Source of the DNA: Callorhinchus milii
Lineage: Eukaryota
DNA length: 64,000 nucleotides
Assembly (NCBI RefSeq): GCF_018977255.1
Contig: NW_024704742.1
Coordinates: 97,714,001-97,778,000 of the forward strand
Direction: 5' to 3'
The notes below the pieces were generated by a model. That model saw only the letters and a list, made by a program, of their open reading frames with translations. It did no database searches and was not told where the DNA came from. Below, piece by piece: positions 1-12,269 of this stretch; position 1 is the stretch's first letter, and each line of letters starts with the position of its first letter. Made by a program: the position numbers and the translations under genes.

Positions 1-704
1 GTGGCAGATTCTTGATGCTGGTATGATTTTAAGATACTTTGTCATTGCTCTCTTAAACTGTACATTTCATAGAACCATAAAAAGTTTACAATCATATGGC
101 ACATTATTTCTGGTTCTTGCTCCCACCTCTGAATTTTCAGCCTTGGACCTCAGAGTGGGGCGGCAGAAATCAGGAAGCAGCAAGCAAGCCTGGGGATCGC
201 ACTCATGCTGGGCATGGAACCCAGAGTTAGTTCCAATATGATGATGAGAAAGATAGAGGTCCATTGGATTTCCTTCACCGTGCCATCCAATAAGCTGGAG
301 CAACATCGACGACAACAATTGGATTTATATAGCACCATCTACGCCGGATGGCATCTCAGAGCGCTTCACAGTAACGAATCTTGGGGCCGAGCCAGGGGGA
401 GGGGGAGGAAGGTGACCAAAGGTGCGGTCAGTGCAGTGACTCAGTCTTCCCAGCAGGAGGGAAGTCTGTGGAAGTACTTTGGGAGGAGCCTGATGTACAA
501 GATGTTTCTGTGCTTAGGAGTGGAGAATCTGGAGAAGAGTCTGGAGAAGTCAGGGAGCTGATATCCTTTCCTATGGGTGACCTCTTCGCATGTTTTTTCT
601 GATTCAACTTGTTTGTTCACCAACTATGGCTGGATTTTTCTTCTTGCAGGACACCCCCATGCCCACTATACTATGTGTCGGGTCTGTGTATTTATAGATA
701 AACA

Positions 705-965
705 CATCAGCAAATTTGCACACATCAATAACCCATAAACAGTCAAACTGTTTATTCTTCTTTCACTGGTGATTAATGGCTAGAACACTGGGAGAAATTC
801 CCTTCTCTTTTCTAAACCAGATCTTGATTTAATATTTAATCCGAGGACAACACTTCCACCAATATAGCATTCCCTCACTGCTCCTTCAGAGTGTCAGTCT
901 AGATTGTAAAAGCAAATTCCTAATGTAGGGATTTGGGAACATATGCTAGCTTGAGTTACAAAAAT
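705..965 (-). mobile_element. Degenerate Deu-domain SINE (SacSINE1/AmnSINE1-like)
   Basis: Similar to copies at 38525-38822 and 47905-48195. Confidence 0.55.
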
Positions 966-1496
966 GTTGTGTCAAGGCCCACATAGATCTCTGGTAACAT
1001 TTTCTCCCTGCAGGGGAGAAATTCCATCTGAATTTAGATGCAAGACTTTTTGCTTAGCATTTTAGAGCAGGCATATTTGCCAATTTTTAAACACAAAAAG
1101 CTTCAAAATTGAGATCAAATATAAGTATTATCCAAAATCTGCACCTTCTGAAATGCTAAGAAAAAGTAAGTCTTGATTCAGGTGAAATTGCATGCCATGT
1201 CCCAAGCATAAAATAGCACATCTGGCTTCAGAGCTTATTTTGATGTTCTTTGTCAGGCTGCATTTAAACATATATCACAGGACTAAATATTGTTAATGAA
1301 GTAGATCTCATCATTATAAGTAAATATGAGTTTCAATACTGCTGGCGTCTTTATACCATCATCCCCTAGTTACATATGTGCCAGACCTTACCATCACTGA
1401 TACATTTAAGTACATGTGTTTACAGTTTGCTTGCATTTTTGTTTATTGCATTGAAACCATAATGATGCAATAGGGAGTAATACTAATAATTTCTAA

Positions 1497-2055
1497 GAAC
1501 TTGCTGGTCAGCCTCTCCAACTCCTCCCTTCGTAGGCTGCCGATCTTCCAGAACTCTGCATCCCTTCTCTTCTCCCACACCAGGCTCCATGACCCTTTCA
1601 TCCCCATTCTCACCCGACTCCACTGGCTCCCCATCACACAGAGGATACAGTTCAAGATCCTGGTCCTCACCTTCAAAGCCCTGGGTGGTCTTTCTCCCCC
1701 CTACATCTGCAACCCCCTAACCCCCTACCACCCTGCCCGCTCCCTCCATTCAGTGGGCTCCTTCCTGCTTCACGTTTCCCACCTCGCACGCCCCACCATT
1801 GACAGGCGGGCCTTCTGCTACTCTGCTCCCATCCTCTGGAACTCCATCCTGCAGTCCCTCCACCTCAGCCCCTCCCTTGTCTCCTTCAAGACCCATCTCA
1901 AGACCTTATTCTTCCAATCACTCTGCTTCCCCTCCTGCCCTCCACCCTCCCCGATCCTGACCCCCAGCTCGGGTCTGAAACTCTGACTGTCCAGCACCTT
2001 GGTACATTCTCCCAATGTGAAAGGCACTATACAAATATAATTTTGTTCTTGTTAT
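1497..2055 (+). mobile_element. L2-clade LINE 3' fragment
   Basis: ORF2 C-terminus RLHWLPITQRIQFKILVLTFKAL; 3' tail GTGAAAGGCACTATACAAAT followed by TTG-like repeats. Confidence 0.85.
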
Positions 2056-3285
2056 AAATTTCATCTGCCAAGTGTCTGCCCATTTTACCAGTCTGTCTGT
2101 ATCCTCTTGCAGTTTGCTACTATCCTCCTCACTTTACTACTTTTCCTAGTTTAGTATCATCTGCAAACTTGGAAATTGTACTCCCTATTCCCAAATCCAG
2201 GTCATTTATATAAATCAAAAAGAGTAGTGGTCCCAATACCGACCCCTGGTGGATATTACTGAACACTTCCCTCCAGTCAGAAAAACTACTGGTCACCAAC
2301 ACGCTCTGCTTTCTGTCTCCCAGCCAGTTCTGTATCTATGCTACCACTGTCCCTTTAATAACGTGGGCTTCTATTTTGCTTAAAAAGTCTCTTATGTGGC
2401 ACTTTATCAAATGCCTTTTGAAAATCCATATAGACTACATCAACTGCACTACCTTCATTCACCCTCTCCGTTACTTCATCACAAAAATCTATCAGGTTTG
2501 TTAGATATGATTTGCCTTTAACAAACCCATATTGTCTGTCCTTTATTACCCATATTTTTCAAAGTGAAAATTTATTTTGTCCCAGATTATAGTCTCTAGA
2601 CGTTTCCCCACTACTGACGTCAGGCTGACTGGCCTGTAGTTCCTGGGTTTATCCTTCTGTCCCTTTTTGTACAGGGGAGTAACATTTGCAACCCTCCAGT
2701 CCTTTGGCACCACACCAGGAGGATTGAGAGATTGTGGCCAGAGCCTCCGCTATTTCCACCCTTACTTCCCTCAGTAACCTAGGAAGCATCCCATCCAGAC
2801 CCGGTGACTTATTTACCTTGAGTACCATCACCCTTTTAGTACCTCCTCTCAGTTCATTATTATCTTATCCAATTTCTCTACCCTCTCCTCCAATACTGTG
2901 TCATTCCTGCATCCTCTTCTTTTGTGAAGACAGATGCAAAGTACTCATTCAATACGTCTGCCTCCTCTTTGGTCCCTAATTGGACCCACCCTACCATTGA
3001 CTGACCTTTTATTCTTTATATGCTTATAAAATACCTTAGGTTTCCCTTTTATGTTACCTGCTAATACAATCTCTTTGCCCCTCTTATTTCCTTTTCCAGT
3101 TCTCCTCTCTACTTTCTATATTCTGCTTGATTATCTTCTGTATTTTGGACCTGACATTTATCATGAGCCTCCCTTATCTGTTTTATTTTAATCCCAATTT
3201 CCTTATTCATCCAGGGAGGTTTGGATGCCCTACTTTCTCCTTTGTGGGAATGTATTTGTCCTGTCCCCGAATTATCTCCTTCTTG
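2056..3285 (-). mobile_element. CR1-clade LINE reverse transcriptase fragment (degenerate)
   Basis: Minus-strand ISKFADDTKL and KSPGLDGMLPRLLREVRVEIAEAL motifs with frameshifts. Confidence 0.85.
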
Positions 3286-3289
3286 AAGT

Positions 3290-4090
3290 TAGTTGAAGTA
3301 TTAGGCACAAGAGCCACAATTTGTGAACCTCAGAATGTGTGTTGGGGTATTGCTGGACTTTATCCAGCTGAAGCTACATAGCTTGCCCTTGAGCACACCG
3401 TCTGGTAAGCTTCCCTTTGCTTTCCAGGTAAGATCATGCTACCTGTTAGAACTTTTGCTTGCAAAGTTAACAGAGGCTGATTGGAAAGAATCCATGCTCC
3501 AGTAACTGGTCTGTCCCTCTAAATCCAGATCATGAGCCAGGTAGGCTGTGCTGTCATCGCCAGTGCTTTGGAGTACTGTGGACTGACCTGGCTCAGGAGC
3601 CAAACTACCAAGCCTGCCACAGAGAGTTGATTCATTTCCATCATTGATACCAAGCACATTACTTTGCTGCCAGCTGAGCTCCAAAGGGACCCCGCTTACC
3701 TCCCATTTTTTTTTGTCAGTCGGTGTCTGACACATCGCTATGCTTAAGAGTATCCAAATCAAACAGAGTTTCATAATTCTATGTATACAAGGAATTTCCA
3801 GAGATAGATTGTTGGAATGGAATACATACTCTCTCATTGGAGGGAAGAATCCTGCTTACCTAATTCCAGAAAGTATTAGGCACAAGTTATAATAAAATAA
3901 TAATAATCCTTGCATTTGATATAGCGCTTTTGTTGGCAAGGTTTGCAAGAACCAAGGCTTGGGGACCCCAGAGTCCAATTGGGTCCAACCAGCTTAAACC
4001 ACAAAGTTTGCCATTGAGAGCACTGCCAGGTAAGCTTTCCCACTGTTGTCCAGCTAGGACCACCCTACTCATTAGGGCTTTAGGTCCCAA
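3290..4090 (-). repeat. Unclassified ~570-bp dispersed repeat, two partial copies head-to-tail
   Basis: GTATTAGGCACAAG recurs at about 3298 and 3873; homologous to 21570-21725, 31740-31925, 33000-33330, 37255-37790, 54180-54670 and 59075-59360. Confidence 0.7.
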
Positions 4091-4109
4091 GGAAGATAGT
4101 CCCTAGTTG

Positions 4110-4369
4110 TCATAAGACATCTGACAAGCACTTCACAGAATAGACTGTAAAGTGAATTGACTGTATAATTGTGGGCGAAACGCAGCAGCCAATTCTGCAC
4201 AGCAGTGTCCCACAAATAGTCGTGGATTGAAGTGACCAATTTTTTTTTTGAAGGATTATCATCGGGCGTATGGAGTAAGGAAACTTGCCAAGGTTTTGTC
4301 CTGCCAGGAATCGAACCCAGGTTTCTCGCTTGCGAGGCGAGTGCCCTAACCACTGAGCTACAGGACTCC
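4110..4369 (-). mobile_element. tRNA-derived SINE with Deu-like body and L2-like tail
   Basis: A box TAGCTCAGTGG, B box GTTCGATTCC; same family as 57947-58270. Confidence 0.9.
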
Positions 4370-6039
4370 AATGTTCACTCCTCTGAGGTGAGCAATCGGG
4401 TCCTTGAGGATAGATGTAAGAACAATGAACCACAGAAAGAAAAGGCTGCAGCCAATTCACTTTATAATATATTCTGTGAAGCGCTTTGAGATGTCTAGAA
4501 GACGTGAAAAGCGCTATATCAAATACAATGATTATTTTATATTTGTTATTGGTCGTCTCCATCTGAATCTCTTACAATATCAATACGTAATAAAATGTGA
4601 ATCAGTCAGTCAAATAAACCACATGTTTTCTTGTTCTTTCCAGAATATATTTTGGAGTGTGTGGCCTTCACTATAAATTTTAATCTATAAATATAAGGCT
4701 TAAAAAAGCACTTCTTTCAAATTGGTATGATTGAGGTTGTCTTGGTGATTAATGTAAAACATGAACACTTTTTTTTAAAAAAGTCTGCATTTTGCGTCAA
4801 CGTTGCGTACTATAAAATAACGCGTATTTGGTTGGTTTACAAAAATACTGAGTGTCTCCCACCACTCTTGGGGTGAATCCTTCATTTGCGGTGTCTTCTG
4901 CAGAGTCATACAGCAGCCACATGAATCTATCCCACATGACTCCCACAGACTGAGCTCCAGAAAACTGTAGCAAGCTTTTGCTGGCAGAATCCCAGGACTT
5001 CAGGGAGGAAGACAGCCTCTGTAAACAGTGTGTTTAGGAGACAGATTAGAGAGAACCAATGTGCTCTGCTGTAAATGCCAACCAAATTCCTTAGTACAGT
5101 TGAATCACTGTGCCTTTTAACACTTCAGACTGATCAATAGCAAGGGCAGGCACTGCCTAGCGAAGCCCCGCAGTATGCTCTGAGTCTGTGGTAGTGCTGC
5201 AGGGTCAAGACATCAATTGTTTGCTGATCTGATCTTTGTGGTTTTATACAGAGCCACTAGAGGGTATGGCACAATCCAGAGGTTGCGCTATAGATACACG
5301 TCAAATCTTGGTGGCTTTGTCGACAGTGAACCACAGATCCTGTGCTTTCAATTGTGGCGGGTGGGGGGGGGGGGGGGGGGGGAGTTGGTGGAGACGTTGT
5401 GCCCCAAACATATCAACATCTTCATCAGAGACATTCTTCTCACCAATATTAATGGGTTCCTACAGCGAAGGGATAAGTGAGGGGTCAGAGGAGTCTGTAT
5501 TCAAATTGAATTCTGGACAGATGTTTCAGAAATGAGCCAAGTATTTATTAGTTTACTCCAGGCTCAGCAGGTGCTTAGAAGCACAGGACATTACTTCTGA
5601 GAACGTACATGATTTTACTAAGTATTGCAGACGGGTAATATTGTAGAAATCATTATGACATAGGCGTACTGATATTTATGTCTAACTGAAACAGTCAGAT
5701 ATTTCAGACAACAGGCTGGACAAGAATATTAAGCAGTACAGAGTAAAAATGAAAATGCAAAGGAGCAGAGAAAACAATACAATGTATTATCAGTGGAGGT
5801 GAAGCAGAGAAAAACACTGTCGGTAAAAAACAATATGCTTTCGAAAATAAAGCTATGAGCAAAATGGAGGGCAGAGATGAGTAAAAGATTAAGGCAAATG
5901 TTGAAAATGATCAAGAGCTACAATGAGATGAAGATTGCAGGACAACATGAAAGAATTTGATAAAAATATTCATCACATACAGGGGTTTAAGAAAACAGTA
6001 GGGCAATACATCCCTCCCCCCCTCTAAAATACTACAAAG

Positions 6040-6540
6040 CAGATATGATATCAAATGAGCTGGGGATGGTCAATATTTTCAGATAAATCTTTGTGCCACA
6101 GGTGGAATTCTCAGCAAAAAAAATTCCAAGAACAATTGATTATTTTGAATAAAAAGGTGACTGACAGGCTAAAAGCATTAAATAATGAGTCATCAGACGC
6201 AGGCTAAGTTGCACACAAGCACACTTAAGAAATTCTTCCATGTTCTGTTTGGCAATATGAGGCAATTTTTGGAAACTGGAGTGGTGCCTGAAGATTTGAG
6301 AACGGGGAAACAATGTCAAGAACATTTTTTTTTGACGTTGAACATTACAGGGAGCAAGTCTGATTTTGGTTGTGGGAAAGATATTGGAGGACAATGTGAA
6401 TTAGGAAATAACAAAGGATTTAAGAGAACTATAGAATTGTTGGAGGGAGTCAGCATGGTGTTATGGGAGGGAGATTGTGCTTGGCAAATCTACTGAAAAA
6501 ATAACAACTTGTGGACAAGGGATATATTTATATTAGATAT
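6040..6540 (+). mobile_element. Highly degenerate CR1 fragment
   Basis: Remnant FLETGVVPEDLR and VVGKILE-like motifs. Confidence 0.55.
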
Positions 6541-7438
6541 ATGTAGATATATTTATATTACTTACCAAATTCTGCAGTACTACAACAACAACGACGACAT
6601 GGAAGTGGAATTCCCAGGAGAGGAAAATTCCAAGAACAACTGATGCAGTTCCAAAAACATTTCTACAGTAGACTTGAATGCCAAGGCCTATCTTGCCTTA
6701 AGCTGTGAAAGACAATTACCAGTACCCTTCCATCCTATAGAGTTGAAATTGCATTTCTCACTGGGGTGTGGCTTAATTGTTCCAACCAGTTCTGATTAGT
6801 TCCTACAGTCATCACTTACACATTTTTTTGAGAAAGATGGTTCAAGCCTTTGAGTCTTCCACTTTGCTTTGTTTTGCTTTGCACTGTGTGTTTGATACAT
6901 AAAAAAACATCTTACTGAAATTAGATGCCCTCCTTTTAGTCTGATGTTCTGCTATTTGCCAATAGTGCAATAAATCACAATTTCCAAAGACTAACTGTTT
7001 CAGTAGGGATGCTTATCCAGTAATTTTCCAGAGAGAGCAGGCAGAAATGCGTCAAAAACATTACGAATGAACAGGAATTGGATACAGCAACTCCTGCCAG
7101 CGACCAGAAGTGTATCACACTGATTCCAGGAGCCTCTGCTCTGGAAGTAGACCGTATCAGAGCAGAGTTCTCCCAGGCCAGAGAGACAACCTTCCAGTTA
7201 CCAGCAGGAGTTCCTATTGCAAATACACTTACAAATAAATTTACATCATTTTACATCTGATGCTTCCAATGAGGGATAAAAGAACTGAGGATCAGTCTCT
7301 GTGTGATGCTCCTATTCAATGAGGCAATGTACAAGATCCAGTCTTGAAAAGTGGAACAAAGTCCCAGTAATTTCTGATCAGTGAATAAATTGACCGTTTC
7401 TAAAAGAGTTGTAGGATATATAGCAGTCTATCATAATT

Positions 7439-7478
7439 CTCTCTCTATATATATATATATATACACACATATATATAA
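7439..7478. repeat. (CT)n(AT)n microsatellite
   Basis: ctctctctctatatatatatatatatacacacatatatata. Confidence 0.9.
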
Positions 7479-10400
7479 ATAAAACAAACTATTTGCTAAG
7501 AACTTGATGGCATGAATCTGCATGGGTGAGAAATGTTTGACAAGGTAAAAATTCCATTGAGAGTGTTTGATGATCGTGCAATTATAATGAGAACTCCCAT
7601 TAGTGGCTGTATTACCAAAAGACAATATGTGTAATGGTCAACAGAATTTTTACCAATATGTGGGTATGTACTTTTGGGGGGTAAGAATGAATAATAAACA
7701 ACTCGCACTTATATAGCACCCTTCATGTAGATTAAAGTCTTGGAGCGCTTCACCATGTGGTCACATGCCAAGCAAGGAAGAAGGTGACTGGAGAGGGGAG
7801 TTGGGGGAAGCTGATCAGGTAGAGGGGTCGAGGGAAGGAGGATTAGAGGTTAGTGGCATAGAAGCTGAAGGCTTGGCTACTGATGGTGGTACATAGGGGG
7901 CGATAATTAAGCAGCAGATATGTAGCTGGATGAAGGAGGTGAGCACAGAAGTGGGAGAGGGGAAGATCACAGAGATAGGGATAGAAGATGACAGAGATAG
8001 GAAGGTGCGAGAGGGTGAGGGATCTAATCTGTTAAAAATGCACGTTACCTACCCATTTCTTTTAAGTTCCCATCCCTCTTTAACCAATTAAAATGGTGAA
8101 AGAACAAACTTGAAAAATAGGATTTCTACCACCGAAAAATATTTATGATTCTTAATATAAAGAACCTAAATTGAAATTGAGTCTGCCAGGGTACAGATCA
8201 CAGCAATCCAGCAATGATTCAAATGTTAGAAATGAAATTTATTTGCTGAAACATTGTATAAACAGACTGGTTTTCATCAACCAAACTGCAGGTATCTACA
8301 AGTCAGCATTGACATGCATCAATGCTCCAGATGCTCAAAGCCACTATACATGTTCTGACAACAAATTGCAGTTTCTTTGTTTAAAGTTAAAGGAAACAGA
8401 CATCATCCTATAGATATGCAGAAGACATCTTTGAACAAGAAATTGCATTAGATTAGAAAATATATTTAATAGAATTATGTAACAAATAAGGACAGGGCCA
8501 TAAAGCGCCAACTTGATGCTACATTGGTCTTCTTTTAGGTGCTGGTTGTACCAGAATATAAAATGTCATATAAAAGTAATTGAGTAACTAAGATGAAACA
8601 GTAACCATGGGATTTAATCAGTAGGAGAGCTTTGGCAAACCAGCAATAGGATTTTTTTTTGGAAAATCACATTATATTCTGGCAGCACTGGCTGCAGTTA
8701 TCTAACTAAAAGCACCAAGCCATAAAGCTGTAGCACTCAACATTCAACATTTCAAAACACTCAGTATTTGTCACGAGCAGAATCCAATCACTTAAGATTG
8801 AAATTATTTTTTGACACATGCTTAAATCTATGTGCAAACAAAGGGTTGCTGATCAAAGCACTAGATATAAACAAAAATGTCCTAGATTATGGAACCCTGC
8901 AGGGTTAAACCCCACAACATTATTAACTGGTGAATAATGTTGCCTACAACCATTTCAATGTATTTCAAATTCTTTACCTTATATGTAGATGAGTACAAGT
9001 GGAAATGTTTTAATCAGATACATTTTAAAAAGAAACCTGTTTCCAAGTTCTGGCCTGCCCAGACTCCATTATATCTACATTTCATTTCTAAGTCGAACCA
9101 TAGTGTGAAGGCCTATCAGAACTGAATGTCGACTTCTGAGTTACAAATGGTTTCTGAGATTAGATTTTCTTCCAAAAATCCACTTAAATCATAGACTTAC
9201 ATAGTGCAATAGAGCACATATTAAAATTATTTTTTGACACATGCTAGTCCTTGCTGATGTTTGTACTTCACACAAACCTCTCCAATTTCTCGTCTCTTAT
9301 ATCCATCAACTTTTCTCTTAAATACATTGATATACTATTTGATTCAACCACAGCTTCCTGCAGTGAGCTCCACATACTCACCACCCTCCATGTGAAGTTT
9401 GCTCTAAACTAAACGTCAGCTTAGACTACCCGATTCAAAGTCCTGACGTGGGGCTTGAACCCACAAACTTCTCACTTAGAAAAAACTGAACCAGGCTGAC
9501 CCATGTAATATGATCTTTGCCTAAACATGGGGTAGTCAGGGTCACATACAGCCACTTTTTCCTAGTTTCTGCGGTTTCATACTTCTTATTTATATTATTA
9601 CTGGATACTGCATTACTGTTCTAGGCCGAATCTCGCCCCCCCCACCCCTTCTACCTCAGCTAATTTCTAATATTTGTGAAAGTGTGCAAAAAAAGTTAAA
9701 TATATCTAACATTTTAACAAAGGATACAAGTTCAGAAATGTTAAAGCAAGGACGAGAAATCAAGTTATAGTGATTTATTAAATGTTTAGCATTTTCAACA
9801 TTTATACATTAGACAGACAGAGGGAGGAACTGAAAGGTCAATGAAACACTTGCAGATTTAGCACAAAGGGAACCTCATTAACTTATTTACATTCACGGGA
9901 ATCAAAGATGCTGGAAATGATGTAGAGGAGGATAGGTTTATAGATTTCCTCTAGTTCATGTAAAATGAGTGAAAGTGGCAGCTCCATTTCAATAAACATG
10001 ACGTATAGTATTTTGCCTTAGGCCTGCTTCTATCAGTAACCTAGCAGACAATACGCCTACCTAGGCTTACAAGCCGGTTTGATGCTGCATTTGTCTTGTA
10101 GTGCTCTTCGCAACAATATAATTGTTGCCTTTGAGCTCCCTTCATGCCTCAAGAGAGTTTATGCCATGAGCGACTATAGCCACACAGACTGGGATGATCT
10201 CTGTGTTTGATTCCAGAATTCAGCAGAGGGCTGGGAAGCAGTTAGGTTATTAAGATTGGCTTCAACTCGCCATCATACGGCAATTCACATAGCGCCTTTC
10301 AGGTCAGGACGATGTCTCAATCCACTTCACACGGTTGACTGGGAGTCGAGCTTGGGAGGGGGAAGGGCAAAATAGTTGGCCATAAGTGAGATCAAAGAGA

Positions 10401-11220
10401 CCGGTCATATGGTGGTCAGTGGTAGTGGAGGGTGGGGAAGAGAAAACAAAAATGAACTTGCATTCCTGCTTCTGATCACTGTACAGCAACCCTGGCTGGA
10501 AGTGGTTAAGTGGGGATATTGGACGAGAGCAAGTCTGAATAGTCTGCTGACACTCACTCAGAAGGTGAATTGTGCCTTGGATAAAATGAGTCAAATCCCT
10601 TCAGGAAAGGGAAGGAAATGATCACCATTTGTCATTGGTGGCACCAGATGTCATTTTTCTGGCCATTAGTGGACTGAATCATCGCATTAATACAGGCCAG
10701 CAATGGTAGTTTTGCACTTTTTGCCCTGACAGATATTCTCCAGACATTGGGAACCACAGGTTAATCTCAGCAAATGCAACACTCAAAATAGTTGTAAATC
10801 CTTCAATCTTGCCCACACACAAGTGTGATTGGCACTGGTGCTGTGGAATCTCAATAATAACTATGAGATTGACTCCACCATACAGGAAGCTCAGAATATT
10901 TGCAAGGCCAGTTGTAATTCAAACAGCTATGTAATGTAACCATAATCACTACACTTGCTTTTAGTGACCATCAATCCTACAATACACGATGAAACGGTGA
11001 GTTTTCTTTTTAAAAAATTACTAGTCAGAAGTGCAACGTTTTTTTGGCTCAAAGTATTTTTATGTAAATTCATATTGGTAACATTTTGCAACTAACCTTT
11101 TGCTTAATGGCCTATTTTTTGGACTTCCTCAGCCTGGAATTTGCCTGCGCAATCCAATATTGTCAAAATGAAAGCCACAATTCTCGTAAAGAGTACAATT
11201 TGCAAATATCGCAGTTAGAT

Positions 11221-11766
11221 CCTGGTCCAATAGAAAAGTGCGGAAATATTTGAAAAAAATGCGGGGTGAATTTGTGGGCTTTGTGGAAAATTGCGGTGAG
11301 TTGATTGGTGCTATTAAGATGCATTTTAGGGCCAGCCTTCATTTTTTTGCTTTATTGATCAAAACTAAACATGAGTAAATAACCCATATTAGATTGTTGC
11401 AAAAAAAATTAATTGCTTTTTTAACAAAAATTGGGTGGCTTTTTTTGAGGTGGGGGATGGGCACACCACCGAGGTTACAGAAGCTCTCCGGCCCAGCACC
11501 GCACACAGACCCAGAGAGAGAAACACACTCACTGACACTCTCTCCCACAGACAATCACAACAGTCAGGGACCCTGAGTGAAGCCCATTTGCCGCTTAAGA
11601 CGCATCGCGCATGCACGCCTAGTACTGCCCCGCTCACAGTGACGCCAAGTAAACAGTGGGGCGGCCCGCGAGCCAGAAGCTACATTTATAGCGAGTTTGT
11701 TGCAGAGTGGGTGCTTGTAGCGGATTCCACAAGAAAAGTGTGTCTGCACTTTTCTATTGGCCCAGG
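11221..11766. mobile_element. Non-autonomous DNA transposon (MITE-like) with 21-bp terminal inverted repeats
   Basis: CCTGGTCCAATAGAAAAGTGC (11221-11241) versus GCACTTTTCTATTGGCCCAGG (11746-11766), 20/21 complementary; no TSD identified. Confidence 0.7.
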
Positions 11767-12269
11767 TTACCGGCCAACAAATCTCCTGGTTGGTGCTGTA
11801 AGACCACTCTTAAAAAGAGCACAAGCAGAGGGTAGAATGCATCAGTAAAACAAAAGGCTTATTGTCCACAAACAGGCACGCACTAGAAGTCTAGATGATA
11901 GGGGACAAGGTAGTTAACTTAAAGGATTGACTGGGACCGTATGGCGGGGAAACAGTATGCCTTAAAAAGGTACAAAAAGTAATCAAGGAGAAGCAGAAAT
12001 ATACCTGTTCACTCTGGAAATGGTTTCGAGTCTCATCTATCCATATTTTCTAAGTGCCTCTTTTCATAAATCTAGGAGTGTTTTTACAAGGCTTGAAAGG
12101 AAATCTATCAAGTCTGCAGAAAAACAGAGTTGTTTTTCTCAAGAATGAATAGAATGGTTTCCAATACCATCAAATAGTCCTCGGGTTTATTTTGCTTCCT
12201 CTTCCAATTTTCTTTTTTAAAAAGAACTAAAATCAGTGACTTGAGAATAACGTCACAGACATCCAATAA

